The notes under the pieces were generated by a model, which was given only the letters and a program-made list of their open reading frames with translations, searched no databases and was not told the origin of the DNA. The position numbers were made by a program, and so were the translations under genes. A stretch of DNA of 64,000 nucleotides from Minisyncoccota bacterium (GTDB lineage Bacteria; Patescibacteriota; Minisyncoccia; Phycocordibacterales; UBA5272): NCBI GenBank assembly GCA_046350775.1, contig JAXLZS010000001.1, forward strand, positions 481,838 through 545,837. The letters are read 5' to 3'. Positions 1 to 9,859 of this stretch are shown piece after piece; positions within the stretch are counted from its first letter, which is position 1, and each line of letters starts with the position of its first letter.

Positions 1-535
1 CAGGATGTGTATTTTTTATAGCATTTCCTACCGCCTGTATTAAATGTGTCTTTCCTAGTCCTGTATTTCCATATATAAACAGAGGATTATAGACTATTCC
101 AGGACTCTTTATAATAGCCTGAGAGGCAGCATAAGCCAACTCATTGAATGTTCCTACCACAAAGTTATTAAAGGTGTATTTTTGATTAAGTCCATCGTCT
201 TTGTTTATATATAAATCTTGGAGCGGAAGAGAGCTGGTTGGCTCAATAATTTTATTTTTATTAGCCACAGCCTTTTTTTGAAGAGTTTCAAGTTTTACGG
301 TGTGGAATTCTACCCCTCTCACATCTTCATGGATCTCTCTCAGTATTCTGAGTACAAATTTATGATGTTTTTGGAAAAGCCACTCTTTTACGAACTCATT
401 TGGTACGCCAACTATGACTATATTGTCTTTATAGTTAATAATTTGTGTATTACGGAACCAGGTGTTGAAATTAACTCGAGATAGTTCAAGTTCTATTCTT
501 GATAGGGCCATGTCCCAGATTTGTTTGTAGTCCAT
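1..535 (-). CDS. dnaA: Chromosomal replication initiator DnaA (5' part; runs off window edge)
   Basis: Not in ORF track. Manual translation from ATG at 535: MDYKQIWDMALSRIELELSRVNFNTWF...LNQKYTFNNFVVGTFNELAYAA...YNPLFIYGNTGLGKTHLIQAVGN (DnaA domain I and AAA+ Walker A). Divergent from rpmH. Confidence 0.97.
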   Translation of the reverse strand, partial: MDYKQIWDMALSRIELELSRVNFNTWFRNTQIINYKDNIVIVGVPNEFVKEWLFQKHHKFVLRILREIHEDVRGVEFHTVKLETLQKKAVANKNKIIEPTSSLPLQDLYINKDDGLNQKYTFNNFVVGTFNELAYAASQAIIKSPGIVYNPLFIYGNTGLGKTHLIQAVGNAIKNTHP

Positions 536-701
536 AATTAAGTAATTTTTTAAAAAAGAGAATCAAAACCTGTATTGCATCACATTATACAAAAGAATTA
601 AAAAATATACAACAAATTTTTAGTAAAATAATAAAAAAATAATAAACTTGTTTTTTTATTAAATTTGTTATATATTATGTAAAAATAAACACAACAAATA
701 T

Positions 702-908
702 ATGGCATCAGGAGGAGTAACTTATAAACCAAAAAACAAAAAAAGATACACAACTCACGGTTTTTTGACACGTATGCAGACAGCTGGAGGTAAGAATATT
801 ATTAAAAATAGAAGAATTAAAGGCAGAAAGAAATTGTCAGTTTCTGATGAAAAGAAGGTTCTTGTAAAGAGAATGCTCACACATAAGTCTTCTAAAGGTT
901 CTAAATAA
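702..908 (+). CDS. rpmH: 50S ribosomal protein L34 with terminal extensions
   Basis: [40 protein letters not shown] is the L34 signature; dnaA-rpmH-rnpA synteny. Confidence 0.95.
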   Translation: MASGGVTYKPKNKKRYTTHGFLTRMQTAGGKNIIKNRRIKGRKKLSVSDEKKVLVKRMLTHKSSKGSK

Positions 909-943
909 TCCTTATTTTATCTGTGTTTTGCAGATATTAATTA

Positions 944-1336
944 ATGTTATCTAAAAAAAATAAATTAAATATAGAAGAAATTAAAAGCCTTTTTGATAAA
1001 AAAGAAGGTTTTTCTTTTAATTTAAAGACAACTAGAAATGATTTTTTTGACGCAAAGATATTTTCTAAAAACAAAAAGGAAAGCGCTGGTTCTTTTTCTG
1101 ACATATTTAGTAATAAATTTGCTGTAATTTTGTCTAGCAAGACCTTTAAAAAAGCTGTAGAAAGAAATAAGATAAAAAGACAAATTTATTCTATAATAGA
1201 AAGCTATTTAAAAGATTTGAAAAACACAAATAGTTTTTATTTTGTTTTAATTTATCCCAAAAAAGATATTTTAAATATTAAATTTCAAGATTTAAAGAAA
1301 GAGTTGTATAATACTTTTAATAATAACCTTTTATAA
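944..1336 (+). CDS. rnpA: Ribonuclease P protein component
   Basis: KKAVERNKIKR (RNR motif); lies between rpmH and yidC. Confidence 0.9.
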   Translation: MLSKKNKLNIEEIKSLFDKKEGFSFNLKTTRNDFFDAKIFSKNKKESAGSFSDIFSNKFAVILSSKTFKKAVERNKIKRQIYSIIESYLKDLKNTNSFYFVLIYPKKDILNIKFQDLKKELYNTFNNNLL

Positions 1337-1348
1337 TAAATAATTTTT

Positions 1349-2098
1349 ATGTTCCATACCCTATTTTTAGAGCCAATTTATAATATTGTAGTAATGTTTT
1401 TAAACATAATACCAGGACAAGATATTGGTATTGCTATTATCTTAACTACACTTTTAGTGAAAATTGTACTTTTACCACTAAATCTCTCTTCACAGAGAAG
1501 TTCTTATCTTATGCGTGAAGCTCAAGTAGAAATAGACGAAATAAAAAAGAAACACTCTGGAGATAATAGAAAGATAGCAGAAGAGACGATGATTCTCTAT
1601 AAAGAGAAGAAAATAAAGCCTTTTACAAGTATTTTGACTTTGATTATTCAACTCCCTGTATTTTTTGCCCTATATTTTGTTTTTAAAGATGGAATAAAAT
1701 TTGAACCTTCATTAATATATTCTTTTGTGCATTTTCCACAAAACATAGAGCATTTAGCTTTTGGATTTTTGGACATCACAAAGCATTATTGGTGGATCGG
1801 TGTTTTGACTGGTATATCAATGTTTATCTTTTCTAAAAGACAAGCTGACACTCTTAAAAAGATGTCAGGTAATAAAAACAATGAAAATAAAAATGATTTT
1901 AAATCTATCTTTGCAAAAAATATGCAAATGCAAATGACTTATTTATTGCCAATCATATCTGGATTTTCAGCTGCAGTATTACCTGGAGTAATAGGTGTTT
2001 ATTGGACTATTAATAATATTCTAAATATTTTTCAAGATATTTATATTAAAAGAAAATTAAATATAGAAAAATTTATAAAGGAGCATAAGAATAATTAA
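1349..2098 (+). CDS. yidC: Membrane protein insertase YidC (short form, no periplasmic domain)
   Basis: GIAIILTTLLVKIVLLPL, IIQLPVFFALY, GVYWTINN motifs; synteny. Confidence 0.93.
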   Translation: MFHTLFLEPIYNIVVMFLNIIPGQDIGIAIILTTLLVKIVLLPLNLSSQRSSYLMREAQVEIDEIKKKHSGDNRKIAEETMILYKEKKIKPFTSILTLIIQLPVFFALYFVFKDGIKFEPSLIYSFVHFPQNIEHLAFGFLDITKHYWWIGVLTGISMFIFSKRQADTLKKMSGNKNNENKNDFKSIFAKNMQMQMTYLLPIISGFSAAVLPGVIGVYWTINNILNIFQDIYIKRKLNIEKFIKEHKNN

Positions 2099-2544
2099 TC
2101 AAAAGCACCCCCTGTTTTTGGCTGTATGTCTTGAGCAGGGATATTTTTTGTATTTACTGGATCGTTGCTACTATAATTATTTGAATCTAAGGTTTTTATT
2201 TTGATACCAGTATCTTGAATATTAAGTAAATTTTGAGACATTTTGACTATTCCGTAGGCTGAGACCATGACAAATATTGCTATCAAACCCCAAAGCATAA
2301 ATTTTCTACCCTTTTCTAGATCGGCCATATCACCTTTTCCTGTGACCCTTCCTAAAATAAACATAACCCCACCATAAAAAAACAAAATAAAAGCCGAAGC
2401 TATTAGAATATTGGCTACAGTAGAAAAAACATTATTTGTGACATTGTTCGCAAGATTTTTAAAATTTTGATTAGTATCAGCAGCTAATGAATTATTTATA
2501 TATAGCGTAGTTAATATTATTGAAAAATATATTTTAAATTTCAT
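2095..2544 (-). CDS. T4SS pilin (TrbC/VirB2-like, CPR type)
   Basis: Signal peptide plus two TM helices with LEKGRKFMLWGLIAIFVMVSAYGIV pattern; end of VirB4 cluster. Confidence 0.7.
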   Translation of the reverse strand: MKFKIYFSIILTTLYINNSLAADTNQNFKNLANNVTNNVFSTVANILIASAFILFFYGGVMFILGRVTGKGDMADLEKGRKFMLWGLIAIFVMVSAYGIVKMSQNLLNIQDTGIKIKTLDSNNYSSNDPVNTKNIPAQDIQPKTGGAFD

Positions 2545-2569
2545 TTTTTTATTATATCACTAAAAATAA

Positions 2570-3985
2570 TTAATCACCTTGATAAAGTATATTTTCTATA
2601 TTGAGTGACCAGAGAGATCCGTCATTTTTATTTATAAACAGTACATGTGAGTAACTGTCATTTATTTTTAAATCTTTAGCGTCAACATTTTCAAATACTC
2701 CTCCATCTGTATTTATATTAAATAAAAGCGCCCCATTTGGATAATCAGCACTGACCACATACAAGTTGTCGTCCCAAGTGGTAAAGCCTTGATACCAGGC
2801 ATCTGGTAAGCCAGAATCATAACCTTTTATCTCTTTTGGCACAGAGCAGATAATTAGATTTTCAGAAGTGTCATTTTCTCCACACTTGTTGCTCAAAGTT
2901 GTAAAACTTAGACCAGAGAGACTTGAATCTGAAAAATTTGACCCAGTAAAATTATTATTTAAATAAGTTTTTAAACCCTCTCCTGTGGTCATAGAAATAA
3001 TCGTGGATTTATCATTTATTAAGAAAGATATACCGCTATGAGGACTATAGACCTGCTCTAAATCGCCTAGTATATTATTTTTTGTATCTAGTTTGTATAG
3101 ACTGCTCAATTCGTAATTGGAATCTTTTTTGTATGCATATATATTACCAGAATTAGTGATATTTAATTTCCAGTCAGTTAATTCAGAGTTATATATTCTA
3201 GTACCATAAGTATCACTAATGTTATTTATTAAATACCAATCACTATAAATATCAGGTCTTCCATTTGTGGTCTTGTTTTTATTTACAATATAAATTAGAT
3301 TCTTATTATTTGAAGAAGTGTTTATAAAACTTATATTGTCAGGCATCGTGTTTATATTTTGTAAAGAAATTGGTACTCCTGCAAAATTTGGCACATTAGC
3401 CGAAATAGTTTTAATAGTATTATTTTTTAAATATTGCATTATCACCCTACTCTTTCCACCGTTTTTATTGTTCAAAAAGTAAGCTTTACGAATATTTGGA
3501 TAATATGTGTCTGTGATTTGTGTTGGTGTAGAAGTCGGAGCGGATAAATCTTTTTCATATATAAATCCTGTTGAACTATCTACAAACATCAAAATAGTCT
3601 CTGTAGATGTTTCTGTAACATCTTTATTGAGATCGTCATTATGGTATGTGTAAGGTATATTTTTATAATAAAACCCATATCCAGCGACTGGTTTATCCCA
3701 GATTTTTATTAGACCTTCATTATAAAAATAATTTTGCTGCTCAGTATTTTGATCAGGACTAGTATTTCCAGAATTTCCATTATTTTTATTTTTACTATTT
3801 ACTAAACCAAATAAACTAGAAAAAGTAAAACCAGAATTGGATTGTAAACTAGGATTTGAGTTGTTTACTATCTGTGTATTTCTAAAAAATAAAAAATATA
3901 TTAGACCAACAAAAAGAACTAAAGCTAAAACCGCAATAATTATTTCTTTTTTGTATTTTTTAAAAAATGATTGATTTGGTTGCAT
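2570..3985 (-). CDS. Membrane-anchored hypothetical protein with probable beta-propeller ectodomain (T4SS cluster)
   Basis: N-terminal TM; C-terminal LPDAWYQG...LFINKNDGSLWSL. ATG at 3985 preferred over TTG at 3994, which overlaps the upstream gene. Confidence 0.7.
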   Translation of the reverse strand: MQPNQSFFKKYKKEIIIAVLALVLFVGLIYFLFFRNTQIVNNSNPSLQSNSGFTFSSLFGLVNSKNKNNGNSGNTSPDQNTEQQNYFYNEGLIKIWDKPVAGYGFYYKNIPYTYHNDDLNKDVTETSTETILMFVDSSTGFIYEKDLSAPTSTPTQITDTYYPNIRKAYFLNNKNGGKSRVIMQYLKNNTIKTISANVPNFAGVPISLQNINTMPDNISFINTSSNNKNLIYIVNKNKTTNGRPDIYSDWYLINNISDTYGTRIYNSELTDWKLNITNSGNIYAYKKDSNYELSSLYKLDTKNNILGDLEQVYSPHSGISFLINDKSTIISMTTGEGLKTYLNNNFTGSNFSDSSLSGLSFTTLSNKCGENDTSENLIICSVPKEIKGYDSGLPDAWYQGFTTWDDNLYVVSADYPNGALLFNINTDGGVFENVDAKDLKINDSYSHVLFINKNDGSLWSLNIENILYQGD

Positions 3986-3987
3986 AT

Positions 3988-5991
3988 TTAACAATTTTGT
4001 AAAGATATTTGTAACCCCTCAAAATGCCACGACTCAGAAGGTATTTGCCGCACTCCATATTTAGCAGCATTTTGCCTTAACCATATTTGTTGTTGAGAAT
4101 TAAAAGTCGCAGGATTAGAACATGTGGCACCAGGTTTGTATCCTGGTTTTCCGTTGTCTGCTCCGGCACTATTAAAATCTATGGCGGCACCTAGTTGGTG
4201 AGGTGATGTCCCCGGAGATGCACAACCACTTCCTCCGACACTCCCACAAGAATCAGCAATTCTTGTTGAAGCATTAGATGTTAAGTATGTTTTATATTGA
4301 TCATAATAAGCTTTACCTAAATTTTCAAATTTTTGTGCCACAAGCGAATTAACAAAAGCTCCCTTATTATCAGAGGCTGGCATTTTAGGTAATAAATCTC
4401 CTTTTATGTAGTGTAATCTACAAAGTTTTATTTTTGGTTTATTAATTCCATTAGCTCTATAATTACTATCTATTATTTTAGATTCAGAATTGTTTGGACA
4501 AGGAGTGTCTAGACTTTTATTTGCCAGATCTTGAATATTTTTTAACCTGTCCTGACTTATATTACTCAGAGATTCTTGATTATTATTTGTCTGTATGGTA
4601 CTTTTACACTGCCCAGCCATAAGACCTACAAGTCTCCCGCATCTGTCCCCGGTTTGACTACAATAAGGAGATATTTTTGTTTCTTCCAAGTCTGAATATT
4701 TTATTTGTCCTGCTGCTTTTACATAATTTCCTTCTTTCACAAATTTGAGCATGTTTTTAAAATCATCAAAAGTTCCTTCCCCAGCATAAGACATGTCTAT
4801 CAAAACATTTTTTACATTAAGAGGTAAAGATTCAAAATTTATACCATTTTTTTCTGAAACTCTTTTTGCAATAGCTGTAAAAGTACCAAGATCTTTTTCT
4901 AGTAATTTTTTTACTTGATCAGGTGTTATTGTATATCCTGGTACTTGTTTTCCTGCTTTACTTGGATCTTTTGTAAGACTTGCTAATTTACTAGCATTTG
5001 CTTCATCAACTCCAGCAGCTATTAATTCTTGCTTTACATTATTATTTCTTATTAAATTGTATCCTACACCAATAGTAGGTATGCCTTTTGTATCATAATA
5101 AGCCGTAGTCTTGCTTCCTTCATCTTGAAGAAGCATATTTTCAATATCTGTCTTTGTATAACCAGCAATACTACCACAATCTCCGTTATTACTTGAGCCA
5201 GTACTCCCTAAACCGGTCACACTTTGTATAAATGTCCAACCTGTAAGATCTGGATTAATAAATGAAAGAACTGCATAAGCAAGTATAAAAATCAAAAGCG
5301 CCTTTCCCGCTGTCTCCATTAATTTTTTACCTTTTTGTTGATCGTATATATTCTCAAAAGCTCCTTTGGTTATGGCCCCCTCAATTATCCTAAATGCCAC
5401 TAAAACAATGATGGCTACAGCCATCAAGGTTAAAATATAATTAAAAGCATCTCCTAGTCCGCCGGTGTTTGTATTAGTAAAAGTGGTAGAAGTCGCCTCT
5501 CCACTAAAAGAAGAAATGTTTTGATATGTCTGAACAGCTCCCCCTAATGATCCTCCGTTTGCTGTTTTGTCTCCACAGTCAAACACAAGATCTCCACTTT
5601 TAGTTTTTTCTCCAGCTTTTAACATTAAAGCCTCCCAAGTATATATTCCTACATTTTTTTCTTGAGTGATACCGTTAATATTTCTGAAGGAGTTTATGGC
5701 GTTTAAGGAAGTATTTGTCATTACAGCGGTGTCTATATTATATGAAGAATCTAGACATTTATGATTTTTTAAAGATGTTATAAATAATTTTTCTTTATCT
5801 GCTGCCAGACTAGCATTTACTGCCAGCTCTATTCTAGGATATTTTACTGTGTCTTCATAGGTTGGGTCTGTAGCTGGAGCGGCATGAGATATTTTTACTG
5901 AGTTAAAATTAGCAATAAAAATAAACAAAAAAAATAAAAGAGAAAACATTTTTTTGCCAAAAGAGTTTTTATTTTGAGTATTAAGAAACAT
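3988..5991 (-). CDS. Multidomain cell-wall hydrolase: PG-binding + T4SS-pilin-like TM pair + GH24 lysozyme + M15/VanY-type peptidase
   Basis: TSLNAINSFRNINGI..VGIYTWEAL (PG-binding); KGKKLMETAGKALLIFILAYAVLSFINPDL (pilin); E-x8-D-x5-T in DEGSKTTAYYDTKGIPTIGVG; SPHQLGAAID and ESWH (M15 Zn motifs). Confidence 0.85.
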   Translation of the reverse strand: MFLNTQNKNSFGKKMFSLLFFLFIFIANFNSVKISHAAPATDPTYEDTVKYPRIELAVNASLAADKEKLFITSLKNHKCLDSSYNIDTAVMTNTSLNAINSFRNINGITQEKNVGIYTWEALMLKAGEKTKSGDLVFDCGDKTANGGSLGGAVQTYQNISSFSGEATSTTFTNTNTGGLGDAFNYILTLMAVAIIVLVAFRIIEGAITKGAFENIYDQQKGKKLMETAGKALLIFILAYAVLSFINPDLTGWTFIQSVTGLGSTGSSNNGDCGSIAGYTKTDIENMLLQDEGSKTTAYYDTKGIPTIGVGYNLIRNNNVKQELIAAGVDEANASKLASLTKDPSKAGKQVPGYTITPDQVKKLLEKDLGTFTAIAKRVSEKNGINFESLPLNVKNVLIDMSYAGEGTFDDFKNMLKFVKEGNYVKAAGQIKYSDLEETKISPYCSQTGDRCGRLVGLMAGQCKSTIQTNNNQESLSNISQDRLKNIQDLANKSLDTPCPNNSESKIIDSNYRANGINKPKIKLCRLHYIKGDLLPKMPASDNKGAFVNSLVAQKFENLGKAYYDQYKTYLTSNASTRIADSCGSVGGSGCASPGTSPHQLGAAIDFNSAGADNGKPGYKPGATCSNPATFNSQQQIWLRQNAAKYGVRQIPSESWHFEGLQISLQNC

Positions 5992-6041
5992 AGTCTTAAT
6001 TTGATTTAATATTTCTTAATTATATCACATCAAAATATTTT

Positions 6042-6848
6042 TTATCTTCCAGTATTTTCTTTGATTTGATTTATATTAAAATTAATTAAAGTCTCACCTT
6101 CTTGCATATTTTTGTTTGGATTTTCATTACTTAATTTTAATGTTATGCCAGATTTATATCCATTAGAGCTGGGAGCAGAATAATTAAAAATATTTGTAGA
6201 ATTATCAGTTCCAACGATACCATTTAATTCCCAGGCGTAAAAAAGACTTTTGTCGGTAGGATTTTTAACTGAAAAATAAAAAGGCTCGGCCAAAATGTTA
6301 AAATTTTCATTCGTAAACACCTGATATGTTTCATACTTTTTATTAATAGTATTTGCGTAAGTAATTATAGGATTATCATTTTCTCTATATAAAGCAATTA
6401 TAGGATTGTGAGGATATATTTGTATATTTTTTTCAGCTAAAAGATTTTCTTGTCTATTATTTAAATAAACACTTAATTTTAAATTGTTTACATTTTTAAG
6501 CTGATCAAGAGTAATATAAACAACTTTGCTGTTCGTGTTTGAATAATCATAAAGATAATTACCATTATATTCCCACGCATAAAATAGTTTTTCAGGATCT
6601 AGATCTCCTGCCAGTGTTGATATTTTAACTTCAGCGACAGCTTTTATATAAGCCTGTTCGCCAGGGATAGCTCTACCTTCATAAAATGGTGGAGTATAGC
6701 TGTCTATGGCTTGATAATTTATATTTATTTGAGTATTAGTAGTACCTGTTTGTGAATAAGAGTTGGAGGTTTTTAAAAAATAAAAGCCAGGAATTATTAA
6801 AAATAAAAACAGATAAACATATTTATTAATAAAAAACTTTCTTTTCAT
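6042..6848 (-). CDS. Secreted hypothetical protein, two Ig-like repeats (T4SS cluster)
   Basis: N-terminal hydrophobic segment; DSYTPPFYEGRAIP; repeated LFYAWE motif. Confidence 0.7.
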   Translation of the reverse strand: MKRKFFINKYVYLFLFLIIPGFYFLKTSNSYSQTGTTNTQININYQAIDSYTPPFYEGRAIPGEQAYIKAVAEVKISTLAGDLDPEKLFYAWEYNGNYLYDYSNTNSKVVYITLDQLKNVNNLKLSVYLNNRQENLLAEKNIQIYPHNPIIALYRENDNPIITYANTINKKYETYQVFTNENFNILAEPFYFSVKNPTDKSLFYAWELNGIVGTDNSTNIFNYSAPSSNGYKSGITLKLSNENPNKNMQEGETLINFNINQIKENTGR

Positions 6849-6884
6849 TGCTATATTATAGCAAATTATTTTAGATGATTTTAT

Positions 6885-8690
6885 TTAAGATTTTTCAGTT
6901 TCTTCTTTTTTTCTTCTTTCTAAAAGTTGAGCTGGATTTGTGCTTACTATCTGGTCTTCTACATAAGATGCTATCACCTTTATTGCAACATGCTTCTGGC
7001 CAGCAAAAAATATACCTTCTCCTATACCAGATTCTAATAGTAAATATTTTTCTTCATCAGTCAGGTTGAATGTTTTTTGTACAAGATCTATACTTGATGG
7101 AGATTGTTTTAAAAGTAGCTGCATACTCGAGTTGGTAATAATGGGAAGACCATAAGGGGATCTCAAAAAGTCTCCTACGTCTTGAGAAATAGTAGCTAGC
7201 CCTAAATAGTATTTTCTTCCCCTTTTTGCAAGACCAAACAAAAAGGAAGCGGTGTCTTCATTTTTCATCATTATCCAAGCCTCGTCTATTATTAAAAGTC
7301 TCTTTTTTAATTCTTTTCTTACTTCATTCCATATAAAGTGTGTAATTATATACATGGCTACTGGTTTTAGTTCATCTTCCATATCGCGTATAGAAAAACA
7401 AATTAATTTTTTATTAACATCAACGTTTGATGGTTTTCCTATAAATCCTGACCATACTCCGTCTATATATTTTGATAGTCTTTGCATTATATTGTCTGCG
7501 CCTTCTATTCCAGATAATACTTCAGCAAAATCCGAGAGAAGTGGAAATTCTACATCTTCCAAGGATTCTGTTTCTTCAGTAATATCTTTTATTGCGTAAG
7601 TTTCTGTCAAAGCCCTGTCCACTATAGCGTCCTCTTCTGGTGTTAGGCCTCCAAGCATCACTCTCATCAGTCCGACGAGACTTATAATGTTACTTCTTAG
7701 TACCTCACCGACAGATTCGTCTGGCCCAGGTTTTGGAAGATCAAAAGGATTTATGTGATGATTTGAATTTAAAGATATATCAAAATATCTTCCTCCTACA
7801 GACTCCGCCAAGTATTCATACTCTTTTTCCGGATCTATAATAATCACGTTTGTATCAAACATGAGGGTACGCAAAATCTCCAGTTTTGTATAATAAGATT
7901 TTCCAGAACCAGAAGTAGCAAAAACCATACTGTTGTAGTTTTCTAGAGAAAATCTATCAAAAAGTATAAGCGAGCCATTGTGTCTATTTAGCCCATAAAG
8001 AATACCATTGTCTTTTGACAGATCAAAAGATATAAATGGGAAAAATGAAGATAGTGGAGAAGTGTTTAATTCATTTGTTATCTTTAACATATCGGTAGCA
8101 AACGGAAATACAGTCTTTAATGCTTCAGATTGTTGAAATAGTGCCGGCTTAAAATATATAAGTTTACTCTCTAGAATATTTTTTATTTGAGTCTCGGTCT
8201 TCTTTATTTCATCCTCATTATCACCGTATATTGTGACGTATAGTCCTACGTCGAACATTTTTTCACTAGATTGTTGAAGAGAGTCACGAAGATCCTCCAG
8301 GTCTTGTAGAGCTGTCTCAAGTTTTGGGTCGCGCACCTCACCTTTTTCCTGTTTTGTATATATTTGGCTCTCCACCTCAGCCACTTTTTTTTGAAATTTT
8401 TTCATCATTTCAGCTGTTGCGAGTGGGGTTATATGTATAGAGACATTAAAAACCTTGTCTAAATTTATTATAGGAGCAAGCCAAGAGTCGTCTAAATATC
8501 TAGGATAAGAAGTCACAAAAAAACTTTTTGCAATTTTTCCAGAAAGATTTAAAGATTGAGATTCTATTTTTAGACCAGCTGGAGCAATAATATTTTTTAA
8601 TTCTGCATTAGCTTTGTCATAAACCTCTTCATTTGAAATAGTTTTTTCTTTTTCTGTATTATTTTTTGAAAATATATCTAAAAGTCCCAT
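6885..8690 (-). CDS. virB4: VirB4/TraC-like ATPase of a type IV secretion system
   Basis: Walker A ATSGSGKS, IIIDPEKEY, HINPFD, Walker B IIDEAW, KRGRKYYLG. Confidence 0.9.
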   Translation of the reverse strand: MGLLDIFSKNNTEKEKTISNEEVYDKANAELKNIIAPAGLKIESQSLNLSGKIAKSFFVTSYPRYLDDSWLAPIINLDKVFNVSIHITPLATAEMMKKFQKKVAEVESQIYTKQEKGEVRDPKLETALQDLEDLRDSLQQSSEKMFDVGLYVTIYGDNEDEIKKTETQIKNILESKLIYFKPALFQQSEALKTVFPFATDMLKITNELNTSPLSSFFPFISFDLSKDNGILYGLNRHNGSLILFDRFSLENYNSMVFATSGSGKSYYTKLEILRTLMFDTNVIIIDPEKEYEYLAESVGGRYFDISLNSNHHINPFDLPKPGPDESVGEVLRSNIISLVGLMRVMLGGLTPEEDAIVDRALTETYAIKDITEETESLEDVEFPLLSDFAEVLSGIEGADNIMQRLSKYIDGVWSGFIGKPSNVDVNKKLICFSIRDMEDELKPVAMYIITHFIWNEVRKELKKRLLIIDEAWIMMKNEDTASFLFGLAKRGRKYYLGLATISQDVGDFLRSPYGLPIITNSSMQLLLKQSPSSIDLVQKTFNLTDEEKYLLLESGIGEGIFFAGQKHVAIKVIASYVEDQIVSTNPAQLLERRKKEETEKS

Positions 8691-8699
8691 AAAATTTTA

Positions 8700-9293
8700 T
8701 TAATTTTGATTTAAAATAGGTGTATCAAGCTCATTTGGATTAAATAGTTTGTAAAAAAGACTCACTATCTCCTCGGTTTTTAATAATTCAATTTTTAGTC
8801 CGAGAGAAGATAGGCCACTAGTCACTATAGAAACTCTCTGTAAAAGCTGATTTTCATTTTTTGTAAATTCTACATCACTCAATCTTTTACTAGAAGTAGT
8901 TAAGCTTGGTGCCTCATAAGGTACTACTATATAAAAACTTTTTGTCATTATATTTTGTTCTTCTGTGAATTTTTGTATAAAATCTATATATTCTTTGATT
9001 TGTATTTTTAAGAGATCCTCTTCTACCACTTTTTGTCTTTCTTTTAATAGGGTAATATAGTTTCTAATATCTAATTTTTTGGATTGTAAAAATATTTGAA
9101 TATTAAAATCTAAAGAATTTAAAAAAGTTTGAAATCCTGTTATTATACCCATTTGCTCGTCCTCGCTTTTTAAGGACAGATTGAGAGAGCTAGAAGAAAG
9201 TATGGCTCGCATACTTCCGTCGCTCAAAATTAAAATACCATTTCTTACTTCACTTATCGGGACAAAACTCTGTGTAGCATTTTTTATTATCAT
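8700..9293 (-). CDS. VirB4-associated protein (TraC/PrgI-cluster family)
   Basis: NLSLKSEDEQ...FLNSLDFNIQI...FYIVVPY...FYKLFNP; sits between PrgI and VirB4. Confidence 0.75.
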   Translation of the reverse strand: MIIKNATQSFVPISEVRNGILILSDGSMRAILSSSSLNLSLKSEDEQMGIITGFQTFLNSLDFNIQIFLQSKKLDIRNYITLLKERQKVVEEDLLKIQIKEYIDFIQKFTEEQNIMTKSFYIVVPYEAPSLTTSSKRLSDVEFTKNENQLLQRVSIVTSGLSSLGLKIELLKTEEIVSLFYKLFNPNELDTPILNQN

Positions 9294-9341
9294 ACTAAAT
9301 ATTATAGCATTTAATTTTTTAGTATTAGAATTTATAAAAAA

Positions 9342-9833
9342 TTAAATCTGATATTTTCCTGATCTTTTCAAAATGCTTTCTCTTAGATTGAGTCTTTTTT
9401 CTTGTTTTTCTTCTAAAATATCAAGCTTTCCTGCTAGTTCTTTTATTTTATCTTGAGTTATAATTTTATTTTTTATTGCCTCCTCTTCTTTCTTTTTATT
9501 TATTTCATTTTGTCTTAAGATTTCGCTACTTAATTCTTCTTTTTTAATTTCTTGTTGTTTTTCCCAGACAAAAGTTTTATTTCCAATTAAGAATTTATAA
9601 GCCGATTCTAAAACATCAGCAAAAGGTCTGGTATTTATTTTTACAAAAGCCAATGCTAAAAACGTGCCAGAAAATATAAGTATTAGAAAAATAGAGATTA
9701 TTGCACTTGGTATCAGTTTCCAGAAAATATATGCAAAAGCAATAGCTCCTAAAAGATAACCAAATTGTTTAAAAGTAAAAGGGCCAAAAACCTTATCTTC
9801 AATATCTAAAAATTGAGGAATTCTAAATTGCAT
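9342..9833 (-). CDS. PrgI family protein (VirB3-like)
   Basis: QFRIPQFLDIEDKVFGPFTFKQF plus two TM helices and INTRPF. Confidence 0.88.
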   Translation of the reverse strand: MQFRIPQFLDIEDKVFGPFTFKQFGYLLGAIAFAYIFWKLIPSAIISIFLILIFSGTFLALAFVKINTRPFADVLESAYKFLIGNKTFVWEKQQEIKKEELSSEILRQNEINKKKEEEAIKNKIITQDKIKELAGKLDILEEKQEKRLNLRESILKRSGKYQI

Positions 9834-9859
9834 AATTATATTTTAGCACAATAAATCAA

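Noticed and set aside
218-484. 88-aa plus-strand ORF
   Set aside because: Antisense shadow of dnaA
536-701. oriC or dif site between dnaA and rpmH (TATATTATGTAAA)
   Set aside because: No perfect DnaA boxes; the dif-like half lacks a matching XerC arm and overlaps a probable promoter
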